Origin: a virus
Lineage: Duplodnaviria; Caudoviricetes
Length of the DNA stretch: 64,000 bases
IMG/VR virus record: IMGVR_UViG_3300033463_000056
Span: 1-64,000 of that record
Strand: one strand, 5' to 3'
Position numbers and translations under genes: made by a program. How positions within the stretch are numbered: position 1 is the first letter of the stretch; each line of letters begins with the position of its first letter. The notes under the pieces were generated by a model. That model made no database searches. It was not told the DNA's origin and saw only the letters and a list, made by a program, of their open reading frames with translations. Below are positions 28,250-36,992 of the stretch, piece by piece.

Positions 28250-29779
28250 TTAAGCCTGAAGGATGGCGGGGATAAGGGACACGCAACGGGTTGGATCGAG
28301 AACGACCAGACCGAGGGTAGCCTTGTAATGGACCACCGCGGAATCCTCGTCGTAGGAAGCAGAGCTGTTGTTCGTCTCGCCGGTGAACGGATTGGCGAAC
28401 GGACCCCACTGATAGCCACGGAGTTCGGGCATGCCCTTCACAACGCACTTCTGGACATTCGGCTGCTGCTCGTCGGCGGCATAGAAGATGTCGAAGCGAT
28501 AGGACTCGGCAGTACCACCCAGCGGGTGCATAATCTTGTTGGTCATCATATCGTCCTTGGAGGAATCGATCATGATGGTGACCTCAAGACCGTTGGCAGA
28601 GAGCCAGCGGGTAACCTGGAAGTCGGCGATGGTAGCGGCGTTGCCCTTGGTGAAGTTGGTCTCCGGTCCCTTCTGGAGATAGGACGGGGAGCTGGCGGAA
28701 TACAGAGGAATCCAGCCGGACATCTCCTTCTTCGCTTCCTTGCTGAACAGGATAGCACCACGCTCACCAGTGCGGACAACGAACTTGCGGTTCTTGAAGT
28801 CCAGCTTGCCGGCGGAGATACCATAGAGAGCATCCTCGACGAGACCGATGGTGAACTTGTTGTAGTACATCATGTTACCCTGAGCCTGCTGCTGACGGAA
28901 GCCAGCACCCTGCTCGTTGGGAAGACCAGACAGACCGAAGTTGGAAATCTCGCCGTTCTCCATCCGGGTGCTGACACCACGGTCGAGGGCGTTGTTCTTG
29001 TAGTCAGCCCAGGTCTTTTCAATCTCCCAGGTCACGTTGTAGATCCAGCGGTCCACCGTGGTGTGCTGCATCTTACCGTTGACTTCGCGAGAGACGGGGA
29101 TACGGCAGCAGAGACGCTTGCCGAGCTCGCGACCACCAATCTTGTGCTGGAGACGGACGTGGCTCCAGCCCTGACGCATCTGGGTAGGAGTGCTGAAACG
29201 GACATCACCGACCTTGCGGGAGAAGTCCTTCTCGATAGGAGCATAGGCCCAGCTGAAACGCTCACCGGCAAGCAGACGCTCGGCGGGGATACCACCAGCA
29301 AGATGGGCACCGAAAGGCTCCACGAGATAAACGGTGTTCGTGCCTTCAGCGTGACCGGCTTCCTTCACGATGACCGGATACTCCTCGTTGTAATTGCCCC
29401 AAAGGACTTCACCGAGAGCGAACCAGTCGGTAGGGAAGACGAGATAGAAAGGCTCGAAGCCGACACCGATGTTGCCGGAAGCGGCAGTAATCTTGGTGCC
29501 GTCGCACTTACGGGCCTCAACCAGCGGAATATTCCGACGGGAGGAGGAGGCGATATTCCAGAAGAGATCGGAATCATCCTCATACTCACGCACGGGAACC
29601 TCGCGGGAGAGATAGGTGTCCAGAGTCGGCAGATGCATCTGGCTCATGAGGACGACCATAACATCACTGGCCATCTGCGGATTGCTGCGGAAGATGCTGT
29701 AAAGATGGTTGTCCTTCGTTACAGTACCGCGCCACGCAGTGATACCAGTCATAGCGGAATTGACTAAAGGTCCTGGCAT
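28250..29779 (-). CDS. Major capsid protein (crAss-like), 509 aa
   Basis: Size, strongest codon bias in the window, KFVVRTGERG, HPLGGTAESYRFDI, C-terminal DPTR...LIPAIL; downstream of the acidic scaffold gene. Confidence 0.9.
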   Translation of the reverse strand: MPGPLVNSAMTGITAWRGTVTKDNHLYSIFRSNPQMASDVMVVLMSQMHLPTLDTYLSREVPVREYEDDSDLFWNIASSSRRNIPLVEARKCDGTKITAASGNIGVGFEPFYLVFPTDWFALGEVLWGNYNEEYPVIVKEAGHAEGTNTVYLVEPFGAHLAGGIPAERLLAGERFSWAYAPIEKDFSRKVGDVRFSTPTQMRQGWSHVRLQHKIGGRELGKRLCCRIPVSREVNGKMQHTTVDRWIYNVTWEIEKTWADYKNNALDRGVSTRMENGEISNFGLSGLPNEQGAGFRQQQAQGNMMYYNKFTIGLVEDALYGISAGKLDFKNRKFVVRTGERGAILFSKEAKKEMSGWIPLYSASSPSYLQKGPETNFTKGNAATIADFQVTRWLSANGLEVTIMIDSSKDDMMTNKIMHPLGGTAESYRFDIFYAADEQQPNVQKCVVKGMPELRGYQWGPFANPFTGETNNSSASYDEDSAVVHYKATLGLVVLDPTRCVSLIPAILQA

Positions 29780-29829
29780 AATGCTATAAGTTTTGGTTAA
29801 ACAAAAGTTTTTCTAATGGCCTTCGACTC

Positions 29830-30954
29830 CTATCCGAGGTCTACCTTCCAGCCTCCGTCGAGCAGCGTATCGTTGTCGATGTTGCCGCCGTTCATCAGTT
29901 TCAGGGAACCGTCGGAATCGAAGTTCGAAGAGTTGATCTTTCTTTCCAGTTCACGGATGCCCTTGTTCTTTTCGACGATTGCCTGTTGCTTGACAAGTCC
30001 GCCCAGTTCCTTTCCTCCGTTGGTCAGGACGTACCACATGCCGATCTGCTTGAGAAACTCCATCGGGTTCTCCTTCTGGAATTTCTGAACCTGCGTAAGA
30101 AGCTGGCCCGTATCAGGGTCCTTGTACACAGGTTTCGATACAGCATCGAATACGCTTTGCTTCGTGCGTTTGTCAAGTTTTGTTTCGCCGATAACAATGT
30201 CATCTTCAAGAATCATCTTGCGGAACTTCGCCTCATCCTGCTGACGCGCCTTCTTCATGTTCTCTACCCTATCCTTCGCATCCTTCTGGATCTTCTCATA
30301 TCCAGTCTGGTAGAAGTTCTTCAAGGCGTCGAGCGCATCCTTCGCATCATCGATGTCGGAAGCAGACTTGAACGACTTCTCGACCTCCTTCATCGCCTTC
30401 TCCTGCGTGTATCCGCGATTGATAAGGTCGTTGTAGATAAGGCTCTTCCGAAGCTGCTCGCCCTGTTCTCCTTCGTCGCTGATAGCTTCGTCGGTAACAG
30501 AGCCGAGATAGGAAAGCGTCTGTTCGTACATCTTCACGGTATCAGGAGCGATTCCATTACCGAGAGCTTCATCGATACGCTTCTGCCTTTCATCCAGCCT
30601 CGAAGTGACTGCACGTTCAACCAGTTCGGCAAATGCCTCGGGCGTATTCGCCGCAGATAATTCTTCATCAGTGAACTCGGGGAAGATGCCATCATTCTTC
30701 AGAGCAGTGGCTATGGAAGAAAGTATGGATGGAGAAGAACCATCACCCTGTGGCGTGACAGTATCTTCCCCGTGTTCTTCCGTACCTACTTTCTCCGAAT
30801 GACCTTCGCCATCCTCGGTCGGCTGATTTTCTTCTTCTTTTTCCTCGGCAGGTTCCTCATCGGGTTCCTGCAGAGGCTTGGTTTCGTCAAAGAGCTTTTC
30901 GGCTTCCTCCGCAGAGAGAAGTCCGCTTGAAATGTCAAAACTAAAATCTTCCAT
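29830..30954 (-). CDS. Putative capsid scaffolding protein
   Basis: Highly acidic N-terminus and helical body, directly upstream of MCP; probable start MEDFSF downstream of the -7 box. Confidence 0.7.
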   Translation of the reverse strand: MEDFSFDISSGLLSAEEAEKLFDETKPLQEPDEEPAEEKEEENQPTEDGEGHSEKVGTEEHGEDTVTPQGDGSSPSILSSIATALKNDGIFPEFTDEELSAANTPEAFAELVERAVTSRLDERQKRIDEALGNGIAPDTVKMYEQTLSYLGSVTDEAISDEGEQGEQLRKSLIYNDLINRGYTQEKAMKEVEKSFKSASDIDDAKDALDALKNFYQTGYEKIQKDAKDRVENMKKARQQDEAKFRKMILEDDIVIGETKLDKRTKQSVFDAVSKPVYKDPDTGQLLTQVQKFQKENPMEFLKQIGMWYVLTNGGKELGGLVKQQAIVEKNKGIRELERKINSSNFDSDGSLKLMNGGNIDNDTLLDGGWKVDLG

Positions 30955-30975
30955 TTTTCTCCATTTTGGTTTACG

Positions 30976-31026
30976 CAAATGTATTTAAATGGGAAAAGCG
31001 AATTACTCTTGTAAGTAACTCGCTTA
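30976..31026 (-). promoter_or_regulatory. Putative late promoter for the scaffold-capsid operon (best consensus copy)
   Basis: Sense TAAG-CGAGTTA-CTTA, N5, GTAATTCG, N15, TACATTTG; overlaps a terminator-like hairpin at 30994-31025. Confidence 0.7.
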
Positions 31027-31064
31027 TCGCTAATTAAGAAATTTAATTATTTGAACAGAAACGA

Positions 31065-31448
31065 TTACAATCTTACGATTTCAACGGTTATTCCGTTCAT
31101 ATATCGCATCAGTTTCTGTTTGAGTTTGAATCCTTCTGTCAAAGGAGCCGTCTTTCCCTTCACGTCTACAACGTGTTCTTTCCCTGTTGCAGTGTCAATG
31201 TACACAAAATCAGCAACATAGTGGGTTGCTTTCTGGATGGAATACTTCTTTTCCTTCGTCTTTGTCTTCAGATGCTGTATCTTCGTTCCCCAAATAGCAG
31301 GTATGATTTCATACGGAACTTGCATCCGAAGATTGGATATCTCGTGATTCTCCTGCAACTGTTTCAGATACAAGTAATAACTGCCTTCCTGTGTGGAGGC
31401 GAACTTGATTCCGTCGTGGACGACCGGTTTATTATGCCACTTGCTCAT
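31065..31448 (-). CDS. DUF1064-like PD-(D/E)xK endonuclease
   Basis: DGIKFAS..E, YVADFVY, VVDVKG motifs. Confidence 0.8.
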   Translation of the reverse strand: MSKWHNKPVVHDGIKFASTQEGSYYLYLKQLQENHEISNLRMQVPYEIIPAIWGTKIQHLKTKTKEKKYSIQKATHYVADFVYIDTATGKEHVVDVKGKTAPLTEGFKLKQKLMRYMNGITVEIVRL

Positions 31449-31484
31449 TTACAACGCTGCCAAACTGATAGCAATGGCTCGAAA

Positions 31485-32243
31485 TTATTTTTCTCCTCCA
31501 CCGCCTTCGGAATCAGAAGCAGGAGACCAAAAAGTACCGTTTTCCTGATCGAATCCAAATATAATAATACCGTCTTCGGCGTATGTGGCAAGACTTATCC
31601 ATACAGGAACATCTGGTTCTAATTCATCAATTGATATAAAATAAACCAAGCCACCAGCAAGTATATGCGCATAAGCCTCCGACCAAGTGGGAGAACCTTC
31701 GGCTGGGCTAACACCTTCGGAATCGCCGCTAGTTCCTCTTACAATCATCGGAGAAAGCGGAACGCTATATGTGGTGTTTCCGACCTTGATGTTTTCAAGA
31801 GCTGCGAGAGCCTGAGTCTGAGTATTGGCTTCAACTGGATATGTGTATGCAATTGTATATTCCCCGTCAGGCTTGCTTGCCGTGAAATAAATAGACCTTA
31901 CGCCGCCAAGGACCGTCGCAAGACCAATCTCCTTGTAATCTATCCCGCCATTGGAACTGAATGTCTTCCGGAAATACTTCCCCTTCATTACAAGCAGGCA
32001 GTTGTCGCTGTCGAGTTTTTCAAGGTCAGAAGCACTCAGTGTACCAGTTGCGGGAAGATGATCATAAGTCAGTTCAACAATCTGAATGTCAGAGTCTGAG
32101 CCTCCGCCACCACCAGAATTGCCGCCAGATATGGCTACCCATTCGCCGTTCTGGAACTTCTTCAGCGTTTTACCGTTCAACCACAGGTCGTTCTCGTTAG
32201 GAGCACCTTGGCTCTCTACTATTCTTTTCATGTCTGTTTTCAT
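31485..32243 (-). CDS. Putative head-fibre/decoration protein
   Basis: N-terminal RIVES..APNENDLWL anchor, Gly linker, beta-rich domains. Confidence 0.45.
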   Translation of the reverse strand: MKTDMKRIVESQGAPNENDLWLNGKTLKKFQNGEWVAISGGNSGGGGGSDSDIQIVELTYDHLPATGTLSASDLEKLDSDNCLLVMKGKYFRKTFSSNGGIDYKEIGLATVLGGVRSIYFTASKPDGEYTIAYTYPVEANTQTQALAALENIKVGNTTYSVPLSPMIVRGTSGDSEGVSPAEGSPTWSEAYAHILAGGLVYFISIDELEPDVPVWISLATYAEDGIIIFGFDQENGTFWSPASDSEGGGGEK

Positions 32244-32254
32244 AATCTATATCT

Positions 32255-32743
32255 TTAGAATGTATATCCAAATGTTACTCCGGCTCCGGCATATGGCTGA
32301 AATCCTTCCGGAGTATATCCTATACCAACCTGCGGTCCGACAGTGAAACTCCAGCGTTTCCTATATGGAACAGTTATCTTCGTTTCCTTCTGCTTGATCC
32401 ACATTTCGACAAGCTCAGGCTGGAAGCCTTTGATGACGGCGTGATAGTATTCTCCTTCGTATGTCTTCTCGGTAATCGGAACGTCCACGAGGACCGAATC
32501 CCGTATCTTCGTCGTGTCGTGAACATCAATCGTATCGTGAACCGGAAGATAAACTGGTTTCCATTTGACGATGAAACTATCCTTCGGCTCGTAGATGGTA
32601 TCCCGTATCCATTTCGTAACGGTTACGGTATCGGGCTTCATCGTCTCAATTCCTTTCTTCGCCCCATATCCTTCCCCAAGAAAGAAGGATATAATCAAGC
32701 CAAGAAGGATAGCTGCGATGAGTATGATTGTTTTCCTGTCCAT
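32255..32743 (-). CDS. Membrane-anchored lysis accessory (spanin-like) protein
   Basis: N-terminal TM helix, DT-rich repeats, C-terminal beta-hairpin ending in GVTFGYTF; downstream of the endolysin. Confidence 0.55.
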   Translation of the reverse strand: MDRKTIILIAAILLGLIISFFLGEGYGAKKGIETMKPDTVTVTKWIRDTIYEPKDSFIVKWKPVYLPVHDTIDVHDTTKIRDSVLVDVPITEKTYEGEYYHAVIKGFQPELVEMWIKQKETKITVPYRKRWSFTVGPQVGIGYTPEGFQPYAGAGVTFGYTF

Positions 32744-32745
32744 AA

Positions 32746-32823
32746 AGAAGTCCGGAGAAAGCCTGACGAAACGAAATAAAGAAACAACAAATAATTACTA
32801 TTATACACCATCTCCGGACTTCT
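32746..32823. repeat. 13-bp perfect inverted repeat with a 52-nt spacer
   Basis: AGAAGTCCGGAGA (32746-32758) and TCTCCGGACTTCT (32811-32823). Confidence 0.85.
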
Positions 32824-32962
32824 ATGTCACCGTGATAGTCCAGCCTTCAAAACCAAGATTGACAGAAGCAAATTCAAAAGCGGTTGCATAATCCTCGTAT
32901 GGTCCGAAGCAGCGCTCGTCGCTCGTAATCACCCAGTAGTTGTAATACTTATCGTCCGGCAT
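32822..32962 (-). CDS. 46-aa hypothetical protein (not in ORF track)
   Basis: MPDDKYYNYWVITSDERCFGPYEDYATAFEFASVNLGFEGWTITVT*, starting 1 nt after the endolysin stop. Confidence 0.55.
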   Translation of the reverse strand: MPDDKYYNYWVITSDERCFGPYEDYATAFEFASVNLGFEGWTITVT

Positions 32963-32963
32963 G

Positions 32964-33401
32964 CTACTTTACATTCAGATTCTTTGTTTCTCCCCTTTGC
33001 GAGCCCGTAGACGAATACAGTGATATATGGACCCATTTCGTCTTTCCCTGCATTTCAAAGAGAACCTGGTCGAACTTAATCTTGTTCTTGATGAGCCATT
33101 CCTTCACAAACTTGCCGAAGTCGTCAATCTTTCCGTTACCCGGAGTTAAATCTGCAGCGTATCCATTCTTATGTGCAGAAGTGGACACGCCGCCGACAGC
33201 CTTGTTCAGAGCATCGCAACGATAACCGGAATTGACTTTGATGGATGAACCCCAGGCAAGGCGAAGCGGCTCCAGAATCTTTTCCGTAAGCTCGGATAAA
33301 TGCGCGACGATAGTGAACGAAGGGAAGTTATCAATCTTCTTCTTCGTAGCAACGTCAGAAGCGCACAGTTCCTTCAGAGAGAAATACTTGAAGTCAGCCA
33401 T
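32964..33401 (-). CDS. Endolysin, peptidase M15 family
   Basis: SGYRC..LN.AVGG...SAH..GYAAD and WVHIS zinc-peptidase motifs. Confidence 0.9.
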   Translation of the reverse strand: MADFKYFSLKELCASDVATKKKIDNFPSFTIVAHLSELTEKILEPLRLAWGSSIKVNSGYRCDALNKAVGGVSTSAHKNGYAADLTPGNGKIDDFGKFVKEWLIKNKIKFDQVLFEMQGKTKWVHISLYSSTGSQRGETKNLNVK

Positions 33402-33850
33402 CAGTCTTCCTCCTTCTTGGCAAACTGTCCTTTGTTGTTACGGTTCTGATTCTGTGCGTTGACGCTTCTCTTACTCGGCACTACGTCAGGGCGGATTTCG
33501 CGGAGAGCATCACGGAGTTCTTCGTTTTCCTTCTTGAGCCGACCATTCTCCTCCTTGAGTTCCGCCATCTCTTTTTTTAATGTAGCGTTCTCGTCTTCCA
33601 CAGATTGGACACTGATCCGTAAATCATCGACCATCTTTTTCAAGTCATCGATAGCTGGCTTGTAGATATCGTCAACAATCTTCTTGATGTTGTCCACCTG
33701 CTTCTCCTTGGCTTCTTCAACGGTCTTCTGCGCTTCTGCCTGCTCCTGTTTGACGTGCGATCTCACAGTAAGGAGTCTAATGAGCCAGCCGCCGCCTACC
33801 ACGACAACCAGCCCATCAATTACGAATTGAATGATTTCAAGTGTAGACAT
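33401..33850 (-). CDS. Holin-like protein (one TM helix plus coiled coil)
   Basis: N-terminal TM helix, long heptad region, translationally coupled to the endolysin. Confidence 0.55.
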   Translation of the reverse strand: MSTLEIIQFVIDGLVVVVGGGWLIRLLTVRSHVKQEQAEAQKTVEEAKEKQVDNIKKIVDDIYKPAIDDLKKMVDDLRISVQSVEDENATLKKEMAELKEENGRLKKENEELRDALREIRPDVVPSKRSVNAQNQNRNNKGQFAKKEED

Positions 33851-33861
33851 GACTATAAGTT

Positions 33862-34080
33862 TTATTCTTCTTTATGTGTGCGCTTATACTCGGCAATGAA
33901 GGGGAAAGCCGAAAGTATGATACCGACGATACCAGCAATATTGAACAATGCTCCGTGTTCTACGCCCCAGTTGAGTGCACCGATACCGGAGATAACGCCG
34001 AGGAAGCACATCGCTCCAGCCGCAATGAAGCGAAGGCCCTCGTTATTTTTGATTTTGTTCCACATAATTATATAGTTCAA
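33862..34080 (-). CDS. Small two-TM membrane protein (holin/antiholin candidate)
   Basis: Two hydrophobic helices and a charged C-terminus; in the lysis cassette. Confidence 0.55.
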   Translation of the reverse strand: MNYIIMWNKIKNNEGLRFIAAGAMCFLGVISGIGALNWGVEHGALFNIAGIVGIILSAFPFIAEYKRTHKEE

Positions 34081-36981
34081 TTACAGTGTCGGCACATCGT
34101 TCGGATCGAAAGTAGGACCGCTCATGGTATAGACGCCTCCACTTTCAGTGAACGTTGCAATCAAATTAGTATTTACAGTTCGTACACCGCCCTGACCGCT
34201 TGCAATCCTGACAACACTTGCAGAATAACCGTAAGTCCTATCAGGTTCAATCGGCATGATAATATACTCGCCAACCGGCAATTTGCTACTTGCATAATTT
34301 GCGGCAGTAGGTTTAGAGTAATATGTATCAAGATAATCTCCATCCATATCTGGCTTCGTAACACTGAAAGTGCTCATAGTGTACGGATCGAGATACAGCT
34401 TTACATATACTCCACTATTAGCGGCGGTTTCAGAATATCGATAACCAGCATCATATCTGTAGGCGGAAGTAGCTGTAGTGGGATCAATCGTTTCGTTACC
34501 GGCAAATCGATTCCCGGAAGAAGCAATAACTTTCAATTTCGTCCATTCGGGAACATTAATCGGACCATTATCCTTCATAAGACCACCAGGGCCCAAGTCA
34601 TATAGAAGCGTACCGAGCTGAGAGGAGGAACCGTCACTGTCATAGAATTTCAGAACCGGAGAAGAATCACCCGATTCCTGCCCCATGATAATACGAACGC
34701 GCCCCTGGTCATCGTAGAATTTAATCAGTCCATCATCAATAACAATATATGAATTGTTACCAGCGTTCGTGGTCATGTGGTCCACGGTAAGGCCACCAAT
34801 ATAGGCCGAAGTCGCTACGAGAATCTGAGCGTAAACAGCTCCGAGATTCTGGAATACGCTATAGACACGACCCTGATTATACAGAAGCTCAGATTCGTTT
34901 CTCGTAGAAGCAATGGTATTCGTGTAGCTCGCGCTTGTGGGAAGCGACAAGTTCGTTCCAGAATAGCCACTTGCATAGGAACTCGAATAGTTCACGAGCA
35001 ATAGGACAGGAGTTTCAACCGTACCAGTTCCAATAGGGTTGGAAATATTGAACGGATAAGGAACACGAGAAGGATAATATCCACTCGTAACAACAATCAC
35101 ATCACGGAACGGAGCGTCCTCCTCGAAGCCAGAGAATACGCGGTCATTACCGGTAAGCGTAACACCGCCGATTTCGCTCCAGTTACGAATACGGATAGGA
35201 AGCGCATCTTTACCATCTACACCATCAGTTCCATCAAGGCCATTGATACCGTAATGGGAATACAGGCGAGCCTTATTATTTGTAGTACCATACCAAGCGC
35301 TCCAGACTCCGTTCTCCTTCTTTCTCCAAGCAACCCAGCAGAAAGGATATTCTGCACTTACACCACCGGGGTCGTCAGTCCAACCTTCTGACGTGGGAAC
35401 ATAATCATCCGTATTTGGAGAAGATGCAGGCAGATTAGGCGCAGTCGCCGTTGCAGTAAGCTTGAAGATATATTCATAGCCGAAACCATCCTGACCCTTC
35501 CAGTATTTCCATGTATAATCAGCAGGGTCGCTACTATCAGAAACGGTATAATCCCAGTAAACACCGATGTAATCGCCGGGATCCTCGCCGTCATTACCGG
35601 AGAAGTCTGCAGAAGCGGGAGTAGTCAGGACTCGAGGATCGTTGGAATATTTGATATGAAGAATAGCGTTAGAGCCATTCGCGCCGGGATCACCCTTAAT
35701 TTGTCCGCAATCCTCCCAAGAATCGCCATCCCAGACATAAAGATGACCATTTGTCGAAAGGATATAGCCATCTCCAATTTCATTATCCGTAGCAGGAAGA
35801 TCGCCGACATTACTCACGGAACCCTTAATATTGACGCTCGTACCATCCTTACCATCTTCGCCTTTAACCTTCACAAGCATCCAAGTGCTTCCGGATTTAT
35901 ATGCACCATTACTGACTTCGCGCATGGCCATCCAGATGGTATTCTCATCAGCAGTATTGGACCACTGTGGATTGGTGTTGGCGGAAGTCGGAGAAGTCTT
36001 CACTGGAGCTGAAGGATTCTCGGCACTGGAAAATTCATAATCCATGAATTGACTATCGGCGACGAGTTCCGGAGTAGACCAGTTCGCGTCACTATGCGTA
36101 TTGTCCGAAGCAAAAGTACGAGAGCTCATCCACACGGCGTCATTCCCAGAAGGGATACCATCGCTCCATCCATTAGCGGGACTCGGAACAGGAGAAGAAT
36201 AATTACCACCAGATGGTCTATCCGGTTGAGACGCGGCCCTCTTGAACACAAAGCTCTTGAAAGAAGCATAAGGAAGAACCACATCTCCGATATTAATTAT
36301 CGTCCACTCGCCCCAAGCACTTCCGGTCCAAAAACGAAGAGCCATCCAAACATCAGCGCCGGTACGAGTAGCGTGCCAATTGGCAGGTGTTGTAGCGGGA
36401 GTTCCAGGATTAGTCGCTGCCGCAGAGAACATCATCTGAGCAGATTCAGAAGGGACAGAAGGAGTAGTGCCACCACCAGATGCAAGGTTCTTGAACACGA
36501 ACTCAAAAATCTTCGCGGTATTCGGACCGGAAGCATTGACAGTAACGCCAACTTCTCCACTCTCATCGGTAGTAACACTTGCTGTCGGAGTGCCGAATCC
36601 AGCCGAAGTTCCGGGGGTTCCAGAAGCTCCAGCAGGTCCAGTTGCACCCGCAGCACCAGCGGGGCCTTGCGCACCAGTATCACCCTTATCGCCTTTATCT
36701 CCTTTCAGCGACTGAAGAAACTGAAGCGGTGTACCCTCATTGCCCTGCTCAAGCCAGATATCATATGCAGACTTTCCATCTTCACCGTCGGCGATATCAT
36801 CGGGAAGATAATCATGAATGAGCTTACGGACACCAACCTTCTTATTAATACCGCCCTGAACGATAGCAACAAGTTCATCTCCACTCAGAGCAGAAGCATT
36901 CGGAAGGTCAGTATCGCGAACACCGAGTGTCGCAAGCTGTTTCCGAATCTCTTCAATTTGGGCTTTGGTAAAGTATTTCAT
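34081..36981 (-). CDS. Collagen-containing fibre protein, 966 aa
   Basis: Gly-X-Y repeats, GKSAY...SLKG motif, DGKDG linkers, Trp-rich modules; N-terminus resembles a crAss head-fibre anchor (recalled). Confidence 0.75.
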   Translation of the reverse strand: MKYFTKAQIEEIRKQLATLGVRDTDLPNASALSGDELVAIVQGGINKKVGVRKLIHDYLPDDIADGEDGKSAYDIWLEQGNEGTPLQFLQSLKGDKGDKGDTGAQGPAGAAGATGPAGASGTPGTSAGFGTPTASVTTDESGEVGVTVNASGPNTAKIFEFVFKNLASGGGTTPSVPSESAQMMFSAAATNPGTPATTPANWHATRTGADVWMALRFWTGSAWGEWTIINIGDVVLPYASFKSFVFKRAASQPDRPSGGNYSSPVPSPANGWSDGIPSGNDAVWMSSRTFASDNTHSDANWSTPELVADSQFMDYEFSSAENPSAPVKTSPTSANTNPQWSNTADENTIWMAMREVSNGAYKSGSTWMLVKVKGEDGKDGTSVNIKGSVSNVGDLPATDNEIGDGYILSTNGHLYVWDGDSWEDCGQIKGDPGANGSNAILHIKYSNDPRVLTTPASADFSGNDGEDPGDYIGVYWDYTVSDSSDPADYTWKYWKGQDGFGYEYIFKLTATATAPNLPASSPNTDDYVPTSEGWTDDPGGVSAEYPFCWVAWRKKENGVWSAWYGTTNNKARLYSHYGINGLDGTDGVDGKDALPIRIRNWSEIGGVTLTGNDRVFSGFEEDAPFRDVIVVTSGYYPSRVPYPFNISNPIGTGTVETPVLLLVNYSSSYASGYSGTNLSLPTSASYTNTIASTRNESELLYNQGRVYSVFQNLGAVYAQILVATSAYIGGLTVDHMTTNAGNNSYIVIDDGLIKFYDDQGRVRIIMGQESGDSSPVLKFYDSDGSSSQLGTLLYDLGPGGLMKDNGPINVPEWTKLKVIASSGNRFAGNETIDPTTATSAYRYDAGYRYSETAANSGVYVKLYLDPYTMSTFSVTKPDMDGDYLDTYYSKPTAANYASSKLPVGEYIIMPIEPDRTYGYSASVVRIASGQGGVRTVNTNLIATFTESGGVYTMSGPTFDPNDVPTL

Positions 36982-36992
36982 ATCTTTCTATG

